A stretch of 64,000 nt of DNA from Acidimicrobiales bacterium (lineage in GTDB: Bacteria > Actinomycetota > Acidimicrobiia > Acidimicrobiales > AC-9), in the NCBI GenBank assembly GCA_036270875.1, contig DATBBR010000051.1, forward strand, positions 8,582 to 72,581. The letters are read 5' to 3'. Positions within the stretch are counted from its first letter, which is position 1; each line of letters starts with the position of its first letter. The translations under genes and the position numbers were made by a program. Of this stretch, positions 25,489 through 33,541 are shown in pieces. A model generated the notes under the pieces. The model had not been told where the DNA came from. It was given only the letters and a program-made list of their open reading frames with translations, and did no database searches.

Positions 25489-26535
25489 GTGGCAGCCCCC
25501 GTGCTGATCGGCATCCTCTACGACTTCCCCCAGGCCGACGGGGGAGCGGGGTTCGAGGAGGCGGCGCGGATCGGCATCGACGAGGTGGCCGCCGGCGGGC
25601 GGCTCGACCGACCGGTGGAGCTCGTGGCCCGACACGCTCCCGGGCTCCCCGCCGGGACCGCGCACGGGGTGGAGGCGGTGTTCCGGGAGCTGGAGTCCAC
25701 CGGCGTGCTCGCCACCCTCGGGCCGTCCATCAGCGACAACGGCCTCGTGGTGCGGCCGCTGGCGGACGCCTTCGGCCTGCCGTGCATCAACTACACGGGC
25801 GGGGAGATCACGCGCAGTGAGCTCGTCTACCACTATCAGGTGGGGTCGCTCGAGGAGGAGCCCGCCGTTCTCGCCGAGCACCTCGTGCATCGATCGCTCC
25901 GGTCGGCAGCGGTCGTCCACGACCACTCGCCGGTCGGACGGCGCTACGCCGAGTTCTTCGCCGAGAGCTGCGCCCGCCTGGACGTGGAGATCGCCGCCAC
26001 CGCCGCCATCTCAGCCTTGAGCGAGGACGCCGGCTCGACCGTCGCCCGTCTTCGCGTGAGCGACCCCGAGGTCCTCGTGTACCTCGGACTCGGGGTCGCA
26101 GCCCGGGCGGTCGCACTGGCGCGCGCCGAACAGGGCTGGGAGGTCCCGGTCGTGGCCAACTCCTCGCTGATGTTCGGCTACGCCCGGCCCGAGTGGCGCG
26201 AGGCGTGGGAGGGCTGGGTCTACGTCGACAACGTGGCCGATGGCAACCAGGTTCGAGCCTCCCTGCGCGAGCGTTCGAGGCGCGCCGCGGCCGGTCCGAT
26301 CGGCCTCGCCGCCTACGACCTGGGCCGCCTGGTGGCCGAGGGCGTGGCCCGATCGGCGAATCTGACGAGGGCGGGCGTGAAAGACGGCCTGGAGCGGGTG
26401 AAGCGCCTCCCCGCGGCGAGCGGCCTCGATGGCACCGTCATGGGCTTCGGCGCCTGGGACCACGCCGCGCTCAAGGGGAGCTACCTGGTCCTGCGCCGGT
26501 GGCAGGCGGGCCGCTCCGTGCAGGTCGACGCCTAG
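25489..26535 (+). CDS. Type I periplasmic-binding-fold protein without signal peptide
   Basis: Starts directly with the first beta strand (VLIGILYD), has GGRLDRPVEL and LGPSISD segments typical of Liv-like binding proteins; no hydrophobic leader or lipobox. Confidence 0.75.
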   Translation: MAAPVLIGILYDFPQADGGAGFEEAARIGIDEVAAGGRLDRPVELVARHAPGLPAGTAHGVEAVFRELESTGVLATLGPSISDNGLVVRPLADAFGLPCINYTGGEITRSELVYHYQVGSLEEEPAVLAEHLVHRSLRSAAVVHDHSPVGRRYAEFFAESCARLDVEIAATAAISALSEDAGSTVARLRVSDPEVLVYLGLGVAARAVALARAEQGWEVPVVANSSLMFGYARPEWREAWEGWVYVDNVADGNQVRASLRERSRRAAAGPIGLAAYDLGRLVAEGVARSANLTRAGVKDGLERVKRLPAASGLDGTVMGFGAWDHAALKGSYLVLRRWQAGRSVQVDA

Positions 26536-26900
26536 TCCCCGCGCTGGATATACACCGCGATCCGGGCGATCTGGCCCCTGGCGTCGAGGTCGAAGACCAG
26601 CGCCTCGGGCGTCTCGAGGGGAGCGCCGTCCACGTCCATGGTCTCGCTCAGCTCCGCCACGGCACGCGCGTCGCCGTAGGTCACCCGGGCTACCTTCATC
26701 GAGTAGTTGGGCAGCTGGGGCATGAGGTCGGCGAGGAAGGCCACGTACCGTTCCCTCGGTGAATAGGTGTCTCCGAACGGCCCGATACGCACGACGTCGG
26801 GCGCCAGACAGTCGGTGATGCCCGCCCAGTCGTGGGCAACCATGCGATCGAGGAACTGCTCGACGACATCCGTGGCTGGGAGGCTAGCCCGCGTCGTCAC
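26532..26900 (-). CDS. SnoaL/NTF2-like protein
   Basis: 122 aa with VVEQFLD...LAPDVV...GRE-like segment and LVFDLD...GQIARI beta sheet pattern. Confidence 0.75.
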   Translation of the reverse strand: MTTRASLPATDVVEQFLDRMVAHDWAGITDCLAPDVVRIGPFGDTYSPRERYVAFLADLMPQLPNYSMKVARVTYGDARAVAELSETMDVDGAPLETPEALVFDLDARGQIARIAVYIQRGD

Positions 26901-26912
26901 CTCGCCGTCTTC

Positions 26913-26937
26913 CTCCCCGTGACGGGGGAGCGCTTTT
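26913..26937 (+). terminator. Possible hairpin with short T tract upstream of the stressosome operon
   Basis: CTCCCC-GTGACG-GGGGAG stem-loop followed by CGCTTTT; T tract is short and offset. Confidence 0.3.
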
Positions 26938-27051
26938 CACCCTGATTGCGCACCACGCAGGTGGGCTCTATGGTTCCCAAGCAGTCGAGGAGCATCGTTG
27001 CTCGCCTTCGCCCAGACCGCCACAGCTCCCGCTCTCATTGGAGGAGACGCG

Positions 27052-27948
27052 ATGGCTCAAGAGGTCAACTCTTACCGGCCGACGGAGGCGACCCTCACCA
27101 GCGACGCGCTGCTGCCGGAGCTCGTGGCCCACCTTCGCGAGAACCGCACCCCGTTGCGGGAGGAGTGGGCTCGGCGGATCACCAACGCCAACCTGCTCAC
27201 GGCGATGACACCGGAGGAGCTCTTCTCGGAGGCGACCTCGGTCTACGACAACTACGTCGAGGTGCTCGAGACCGGGAGCGTGGAAGCGCTGCAGGACTAC
27301 GCCCGCAACCTGTCGGAGCGCATCATCCCCCGGGGAGTCGAGACCGAGGAGGTCCTCGGGATCGTCCTGCTGCTGCGCGACGTCCTGGCCCGCTCGTTGT
27401 TCGAGAAGTACCAGAGCGACTTCGAGCTGCTGAACCGCGTGCTCGACGCCTACGAGCCGGCGGCCAACCGCATCGCCAACACCGTCGGTGTGAGCTTCGT
27501 CCAGGAGCGGGAGCGGATCATCCGCCAGCAGCAAGAGGCGATCCGCGAGCTGTCCACCCCGGTATTGCAGGTCCGGGAACGGCTGCTCATTCTGCCTATC
27601 ATCGGCGTGCTGGACAGCCAGCGTGCCCGCCAGGTCACCGAGCAATTGCTGCGGGGAATTCGTACAAATAGGGCCAAGGTCGTCGTGATCGATATCACTG
27701 GTGTGCCGGCGATCGACTCGACCGTGGCCAACCACCTCGTGCAGACGGTCGAGGCGTCACGGCTCATGGGTGCGAGCGTGATCATCACCGGCCTGTCCTC
27801 GGAGATCGCGCTCACCCTGGTGACCATCGGTGTCGACCTTTCCAAGATGAACGCCGTCGGCGACCTCCAGGGCGGCATCGAGGAGGCCGAGCGGCTCCTC
27901 GGCTACGAGGTCACCCGCAGCGCCGAGCCCGTAGCCGAGATGCGTTAG
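27052..27948 (+). CDS. rsbR: Stressosome sensor/scaffold RsbR (helical N-terminal domain plus STAS)
   Basis: ELSTPVLQV...LPIIGVLDSQRA...VIDITGVPAIDSTVANHL...IITG STAS signature; GGAGGAG SD before ATG 27052. Confidence 0.9.
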   Translation: MAQEVNSYRPTEATLTSDALLPELVAHLRENRTPLREEWARRITNANLLTAMTPEELFSEATSVYDNYVEVLETGSVEALQDYARNLSERIIPRGVETEEVLGIVLLLRDVLARSLFEKYQSDFELLNRVLDAYEPAANRIANTVGVSFVQERERIIRQQQEAIRELSTPVLQVRERLLILPIIGVLDSQRARQVTEQLLRGIRTNRAKVVVIDITGVPAIDSTVANHLVQTVEASRLMGASVIITGLSSEIALTLVTIGVDLSKMNAVGDLQGGIEEAERLLGYEVTRSAEPVAEMR

Positions 27949-27971
27949 GTCTGCGGATCGGACCATCGCCG

Positions 27972-28352
27972 GTGTCCGTCCCCATTCTCAAGCAAGGGAC
28001 GTACCTGATCGCCTCGATCCAGTCGGCCATGACCGACAGCGAGGCGCTCTCGTTGCAGGACGACCTCATGGACCAGGTCAGCCGGTACCGGTCCAGGGGC
28101 ATCATCGTCGACGTCACGGCGCTCGACGTGATGGACTCCTTCGCCGCCCGCTCGCTGCGGACGATCGCCCACATGACCGACCTTCGTGGTGCGGTCACCG
28201 TCATCGTCGGGATCCAGGCCGAGGTGGCGTTCGCCATGGTCCAGCTCGGGATGAGCCTCGAGGACGTCCACACGGCCCTGGACCTCGAGGAGGGCCTCGC
28301 CTTCTTGGACCAGCGGACCCGGAACTGGGGCGGCGACGGCCGTGGCGGATGA
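27972..28352 (+). CDS. rsbS: Stressosome STAS protein RsbS
   Basis: VPILKQG...IIVDVTALDVMDSF...VGIQAEVAFAMVQLG...TALDLEEG. Confidence 0.92.
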   Translation: MSVPILKQGTYLIASIQSAMTDSEALSLQDDLMDQVSRYRSRGIIVDVTALDVMDSFAARSLRTIAHMTDLRGAVTVIVGIQAEVAFAMVQLGMSLEDVHTALDLEEGLAFLDQRTRNWGGDGRGG

Positions 28353-28752
28353 TCTCGTCATACCGATCACAACCGACACCGACATCGTGGTCGCTCGCCA
28401 GAAGGGGCGCGAGCTCGCCGAGCCGCTCGGATTCTCCCGCATCGACCTGACCTTCATCGCCACCGCCATCTCCGAGGTGGCGCGCAACATCACCAGCTAC
28501 GCGGGCCGAGGCGAGATCCTCTTCCGGATCGTGAACGGCGACGGCCGACTGGGCATCAGCATGGAGGCGCGCGACGAGGGCCCCGGCATCGGCGACTTGC
28601 AGCGGGCGCTCGAGGACGGCTATTCCACCGCTGAGGGAATGGGTCTCGGCTTGCCCGGAGCCCGTCGGCTCATGGATGAGTTCGAGGTGCGGTCCGAGGC
28701 CGGCCTGGGGACGACGGTGATCATGTGCAAGTGGGCGCCGAATCGTGGCTGA
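28342..28752 (+). CDS. rsbT: Switch kinase RsbT (GHKL fold)
   Basis: DIVVARQ, AISEVARNI, DEGPGI, GYST and GMGLGLPGARRLMDEF motifs. Confidence 0.92.
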   Translation: MADDLVIPITTDTDIVVARQKGRELAEPLGFSRIDLTFIATAISEVARNITSYAGRGEILFRIVNGDGRLGISMEARDEGPGIGDLQRALEDGYSTAEGMGLGLPGARRLMDEFEVRSEAGLGTTVIMCKWAPNRG

Positions 28753-29374
28753 GTGCGGCGCCGCCGGGCTCCTCGAGTGGGCCGTTGCCGCCCGGCCCAT
28801 CCCGGGCGAGTCGGTGTCGGGAGACCATTGTGTGGTGCGGGTCACCGACACCGAGGCGCTCCTTGCGGTGATCGACGGGCTCGGTCACGGCCCAGAGGCA
28901 GCCGCCGCCGCTGAGCGGGCGGTCGACGTGCTGCGGGAGAACCCGGCCGAGCCCGTGGAGGTCCTCCTCCTGCTGTGCCACACGGCGCTGGCCCGCACGC
29001 GCGGCGCTGCGGTCACGGTGGCCAGCATCAGCACCACCAAAGGGTCGATGAGCTGGTTGGGCGTGGGCAACGTCGAGGCGGTGCTGCTCCGGGGCGTCCC
29101 GTCCGGCAACCCGCCCCGCTCGTCCACCGAGTGGGCACTGCTCCTCGGCGGCATCGTCGGCCATCAGCTCCCGACGCTGCGCCCAGGAGTCGTCGACCTC
29201 CAGCCCGGCGACATGCTTCTGATGGCGACTGACGGCATCGCCAGGACGTTCGCCGAGGAAGCGAACGTGGCGGCGGGACCCACCCGCCTCGCCGATCGCA
29301 TCCTGGAGAACCTGGCCCGGCCGAACGACGACGCCCTGGTGCTCGTCGCCCGCTACGGGACGGAGCGGTCGTGA
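28745..29374 (+). CDS. rsbX: PP2C/SpoIIE phosphatase, RsbX-like
   Basis: GESVSGD, AVIDGLGHG, RGAA, GVGNV, MATDG and DDALVL; position directly after rsbT. Confidence 0.8.
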   Translation: MAECGAAGLLEWAVAARPIPGESVSGDHCVVRVTDTEALLAVIDGLGHGPEAAAAAERAVDVLRENPAEPVEVLLLLCHTALARTRGAAVTVASISTTKGSMSWLGVGNVEAVLLRGVPSGNPPRSSTEWALLLGGIVGHQLPTLRPGVVDLQPGDMLLMATDGIARTFAEEANVAAGPTRLADRILENLARPNDDALVLVARYGTERS

Positions 29375-31587
29375 GCGCGGCCATCGACCGCTTTCGTCAC
29401 GACTACGAGGCGGCGCTGGGCGAGCATCTCGCCTCCCGGAGCGAGGCGGGGCTGAGCGTCGCCTACGAGCTGGGCCGGCGGGCATTGTCCGAGGGGATCA
29501 GCCTGCTCGAGATCGCCAGCATCCACCTGGCGGCCGCCGGCCGCTCACCGGGTGGCCCGCCGGGGGGTGGCGCTGCCGCGGGGGACTCCGAGGCCAGGGC
29601 CGAAGCCGGCACCCAGTTCCTGCTCCAGGGGATGGCCGCGTTCGATATGGCCCAGCGGGGATTCTGGGAAGCCCAGGAGCGCACCCGGGTCGAGCAGGGC
29701 CACGTGGCTCGCCTCCAGACTCTGGCCGAGGCGTCGGTCGCGGTCATCGCCTGTCCGTCGCTCGCCGACCGGTTCCCGGAGATCGCCAAGCAGGCCCTGG
29801 TGGTCGCCGGAGGTGGAGAGGCGGCGATCCTGTTCCACGCCGAGGACGGCGTCCTGCAGTCCTCGACGTCGGAGGTGCCGCCGGCCGTGGCGGCGGCGAT
29901 GGCCGAGGTGGTCGACAGCGGCCAGGCCCGACCCAGCACCGTCGCCAGCGGGCTCGTTGTACCCATCACCGGTCCCCGCGCCAGCACCCCTGGCGCCATC
30001 GCGGTGTGGGGGAGTCGTGACGGCCTGGGCCCGCTGGACGAGGCCATCCTCGCCCAGTTCGCTCAGATGGCCTCCGAGGCGCTGCACAACGCCCAGGTCT
30101 ACGAGGAGATGCGGCGCATCGCCGTCACCCTCCAGCACAGTCTCCTGCCCAAGGCCCTACCCGAGCTGCCGGGCCTCGTCCTCGGCGCCCGCTACCTGCC
30201 CGGGGGCGCCGGCCTCGACGTCGGAGGGGACTGGTACGACGTCTTCCCGTTGGGAGCGGGTCGTCTCGGGGTCGTCATCGGCGACGTGGTCGGGCGGGGC
30301 GTACCCGCCGCCGCCATCATGGGCCAGCTGCAGCTGGCGGTGCGGGCCTGCGCCCTCGAGGGCGGGTCGCCGGCGACGGTCGTGAACCGGGTCAACAACC
30401 TGATCCAGAACCTCGACGTGCCCCAGATGGCGACGCTCATCTTCGGCGTGGTCGAGCCCGACAGCGCGACCCTGAGCCTGACGAGCGCCGGCCATCCCCC
30501 ACCGCTCGTCGTGGAGCCCGACGGCACGGCACGCTTCCTCTCCCTGCATCCTGTCGCCCCGCTGGGCATCGAGCCGGGAACCGCCCGGGAGACGGTCGAG
30601 GTGCTGCTCCCCGGCTCGACGGTCATCCTCTACACCGACGGGCTCGTCGAGCGGCGGGGGGCGACGATCGACGACGGCCTGGGGAACCTGCTGCGAGCGG
30701 CCACCGGATCGAACGGGGACATCGAGTCGCTGTGCGATCGTCTGGTCGAGACCCTCGGCGCCGAGGGGTCGCCGGATGACGTCGCCCTGCTGGCGCTGCG
30801 CCTCACGCCACCCGAGCGGGAGCGGTTCGAGCTGACCATCCCCGGCCAGCCCCGGCTGCTCGCTCCTGCCCGTCGGGCCCTCCGGCAATGGCTCTCGCAA
30901 GCCGGCGCCGAACGGGGAGAGGTCGAGGATCTGGTGCTCGCGTGCGGCGAGGCTGCCGCCAACGCCCTCGAGCACGCCTACGGGCCCGGCGAGGACGGCA
31001 TGCTGCGGATCGAGGCGGTCGAGCATGGCGGCGAGGTCACGATCACCGTCACCGACTCGGGACACTGGCGTCCTCGCGCCGAACGCCCGGGAGGACGGGG
31101 CTTTCACCTGATGAGCTCGCTCACCGACGAGGTGGAAGTCATCCCCGGCCCTCATGGGACGGTGGTGCACCTCCGGCGCCGGCTCGGTGCCCAGCCCCAA
31201 CCTCGGGACCCGTCGTTCTCGGCGCCCGGCGTCGACCCCGCCGAGGGGCTCGCCTCCAGCGCCGAGGTCGTGGTGGTGCGCATCGAGGAGGAGATCGACC
31301 TGTCGAACGCCGACCGGCTCGGGGCCCAGGTGGCCAAGGCGGTGCCCAACTCCGCCGCCGGGCTCGTCGTCGACCTGTCGGGCGTGGACTACATCGACAG
31401 CGCCGGGATCGGCCTGTTGTCCAAGGTCAGCGAGCGGCTCCAGCGCCGTCGCCAGCACCTGGCCGTCGTGGTCCCGGAGGAGTCGCCGGTGCGAAGGGTG
31501 CTGGTCGTGAGCGCCTTCGACCGGGTCGTGGACCTGGCTGCGAGCGTCGAGGACGCCACCTCACGGGTGCGGGCGGCCCTGCGCTAG
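29371..31587 (+). CDS. Multidomain partner-switch protein: RsbU-N-like, GAF-like, PP2C, anti-sigma HATPase, STAS
   Basis: YEAALGEHL...AYELGRRA (RsbU N-terminal-like); LQHSLLP...VGGDWYD...GDVVGRG...YTDGLVE...DDVALL (PP2C); EAAANALEH...DSG...GGRGFHLM (HATPase); VVDLSGVDYIDSAG (STAS). Confidence 0.88.
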   Translation: MSAAIDRFRHDYEAALGEHLASRSEAGLSVAYELGRRALSEGISLLEIASIHLAAAGRSPGGPPGGGAAAGDSEARAEAGTQFLLQGMAAFDMAQRGFWEAQERTRVEQGHVARLQTLAEASVAVIACPSLADRFPEIAKQALVVAGGGEAAILFHAEDGVLQSSTSEVPPAVAAAMAEVVDSGQARPSTVASGLVVPITGPRASTPGAIAVWGSRDGLGPLDEAILAQFAQMASEALHNAQVYEEMRRIAVTLQHSLLPKALPELPGLVLGARYLPGGAGLDVGGDWYDVFPLGAGRLGVVIGDVVGRGVPAAAIMGQLQLAVRACALEGGSPATVVNRVNNLIQNLDVPQMATLIFGVVEPDSATLSLTSAGHPPPLVVEPDGTARFLSLHPVAPLGIEPGTARETVEVLLPGSTVILYTDGLVERRGATIDDGLGNLLRAATGSNGDIESLCDRLVETLGAEGSPDDVALLALRLTPPERERFELTIPGQPRLLAPARRALRQWLSQAGAERGEVEDLVLACGEAAANALEHAYGPGEDGMLRIEAVEHGGEVTITVTDSGHWRPRAERPGGRGFHLMSSLTDEVEVIPGPHGTVVHLRRRLGAQPQPRDPSFSAPGVDPAEGLASSAEVVVVRIEEEIDLSNADRLGAQVAKAVPNSAAGLVVDLSGVDYIDSAGIGLLSKVSERLQRRRQHLAVVVPEESPVRRVLVVSAFDRVVDLAASVEDATSRVRAALR

Positions 31588-32619
31588 CTGCGCTTGCTGT
31601 GCTGGCTGCGCTGGCCGTGGGCAACACCCGACCGGGCAGGAGTCCGGTCGGGGCCGATCGCGTCCCAAGCGTCGCCGCTCGCGCTCCGGTCGACCTCGCT
31701 CGGCGACGAGGTCGACGATCATGGCGACGAGCTCGGGATCGGTGCCGACCGTCGGTGCCCGGTGGGCCCGCAGGCCCAGCTCGTCGGCCTTCGCCGCCGC
31801 CTCGACGTCCAGGTCGAATCGGACCTCCATGTGGTCCGACACGAACCCGATGGGGACGATGACAACGTCGTCGACCCCCGCCGCGGCCAGCGTCTCGAGG
31901 TGGTCGCCGACATCGGGCTCCAGCCACCGCTGGACCGGCGGGCCGCTGCGGCTCTGGTAGACGAGGTCCCACCGATAGGGCTCGCCGAGCAGCCCACAGA
32001 CCAGCCGGCAGGCCTCCTGCAGCTGTGCCTCGTAGTCGCTCGACCGGGCCATGGCCACCGGGATGCTGTGGGCGGTGAAGACCAGGTGGGCACTTCGCCG
32101 TCGTTCCTCGGGCACGGCGGCGAGCGTGGCTTCCACTCCGCGCGCCATGGGTTGGACGAAACCAGGATGGTTGTAGAACGCCCGGAGCTTGCCCACCTCC
32201 GGGGCACGATCTCCCACCTCGGCTCGGGCTCGCTCGATGTCGTCGAGGTACTGCCGGCACCCGGGGTAGGAGCTGAAGGCAGAGGTGACGAAGGCCACCG
32301 CCCGGCCGATGCCGTCTTGGGCCATTTGGCCGAGCGTGTCGGCGAGGAGCGGATGCCAGTTGCGGTTCCCCCAGTAGACCGGGAGCCGCCATCCCCGCGC
32401 CGCGAGCTCGGCTTCGAGGGCGGCCACGAGGGCCCGGTTCTGGGCGTTGATCGGGCTCACCCCGCCGAAGCGGTGGTAGTGCTCGGCTACCTCGAGCAGG
32501 CGCGGCCGGGGCACGCCGCGCCCGGCGGTCACTCTCTCGAGGAAGGGGAGGACGTCATCGGGACCCTCCGGCCCGCCGAACGACACAACCAGCAGGGCGT
32601 CGCAACCATCGGCGTTCAC
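31561..32619 (-). CDS. hemH: Ferrochelatase (coproporphyrin/protoporphyrin)
   Basis: VSFGGPE, GGVSPI, YWGNRNW, FTAHSIP, YQSRSG, WLEPD and GFVSDHMEV. Confidence 0.93.
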   Translation of the reverse strand: MNADGCDALLVVSFGGPEGPDDVLPFLERVTAGRGVPRPRLLEVAEHYHRFGGVSPINAQNRALVAALEAELAARGWRLPVYWGNRNWHPLLADTLGQMAQDGIGRAVAFVTSAFSSYPGCRQYLDDIERARAEVGDRAPEVGKLRAFYNHPGFVQPMARGVEATLAAVPEERRRSAHLVFTAHSIPVAMARSSDYEAQLQEACRLVCGLLGEPYRWDLVYQSRSGPPVQRWLEPDVGDHLETLAAAGVDDVVIVPIGFVSDHMEVRFDLDVEAAAKADELGLRAHRAPTVGTDPELVAMIVDLVAERGRPERERRRLGRDRPRPDSCPVGCCPRPAQPAQQAQLAQGRPHP

Positions 32620-32646
32620 GCCCGGCGAGCCTACGCTGGGTTCCTA

Positions 32647-32685
32647 GCGGCTCCGCCGCCCTGGGCTTGGCCCCCGCTCCGCGGG
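32647..32685. repeat. Pair of short GC palindromes (REP-like)
   Basis: GCGGC-TCC-GCCGC (32647-32659) and CCCGC-TCC-GCGGG (32673-32685) in the satP-hemH intergenic region. Confidence 0.55.
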
Positions 32686-32749
32686 CGGGTAGCGATCCCA
32701 CCCCGGGGGCGCGAAGCAAGGGGGGTCGACGTCGGCGGCCCTGAGGGTT

Positions 32750-33493
32750 CTACCGACCTTGGGCGGTGGTCTCGCCGCGGGTCTCGCCGAGGCCGAGGCC
32801 CTCGCCTGTCGAGCCGTTCCCTCTGCGCCCCGTCCCGTTGTGGCTGAACTCGAGCGGCCGCGTTGGGAGCACGGTGCGCTTCCAGGTCGCGTTCGTGACC
32901 CCGGCGAAGGACGCGTACCAGGCGACGGCGCCGGTGAGGATCCCGACGTAGCCTCCGATCTTCACGATCTGGGTGCTCTGGGCGAGCTCACCGCTGGCCA
33001 GGATGGCGAAGGTGACGAACAGGGTGAGGAAGACGAGCGCCACCGCGGCGGTCGTCCTGAGCGAGGCGACCAGCATGTACAAGGTGAAGAAGCCCCAGAC
33101 AGCCAGGAAGAGCCCCGTGGCCTGAAAGGCCGTGGACTTCGGCAGGCCCGGAACGACGAACCTGGCATAGCCCGCGTAGGCGAGCCAGAACGCTCCGAAC
33201 GAGGTGAACGCCACTGCTCCGAACGTGTTGTTCCTCACGAACTCCCACATGCCGGCGAGCAGCTGAGCCAGCCCGCCGTAGAAGAGGGCCAAAGGAAGCA
33301 CCACGGCAGCCAGCGCGGCGGGGATGAGATCGGCGTTCACCACGCTGAGCACCACGGTGCTCATGGCGAAGGCGGCCAGCCCGAGTGGAGCGGGGTCGGC
33401 TATCTCTCGATGGGAGAGCAGCCGGGGTCCGGCCGGCTCCTCCTCACGCGTTTCGGGCCCGACCTCGTCGGGTCTCCTCGAGACGTACGCCAT
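32750..33493 (-). CDS. satP: Acetate uptake transporter (GPR1/FUN34/YaaH family)
   Basis: ADPAPLGL, YGGLAQLLAGMWE and NTFGAVAFTSFGAFW motifs; co-oriented directly after acs. Confidence 0.9.
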   Translation of the reverse strand: MAYVSRRPDEVGPETREEEPAGPRLLSHREIADPAPLGLAAFAMSTVVLSVVNADLIPAALAAVVLPLALFYGGLAQLLAGMWEFVRNNTFGAVAFTSFGAFWLAYAGYARFVVPGLPKSTAFQATGLFLAVWGFFTLYMLVASLRTTAAVALVFLTLFVTFAILASGELAQSTQIVKIGGYVGILTGAVAWYASFAGVTNATWKRTVLPTRPLEFSHNGTGRRGNGSTGEGLGLGETRGETTAQGR

Positions 33494-33541
33494 TGGTCGT
33501 CACCTCTTTCGGTTGTCTATGGGACTCGGTTCCGGGTCGGG

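Noticed and set aside
31561-32619. Functional link between hemH and the stressosome (heme-sensing RsbR)
   Set aside because: The genes are convergent, hemH has its own leaderless promoter, and I cannot identify a heme-binding globin signature in this RsbR.
32620-32750. Possible tRNA (including tRNA-Sec) in the structured satP-hemH gap
   Set aside because: No cloverleaf with acceptor stem, TTCRA T-loop or UCA anticodon loop could be built on either strand.
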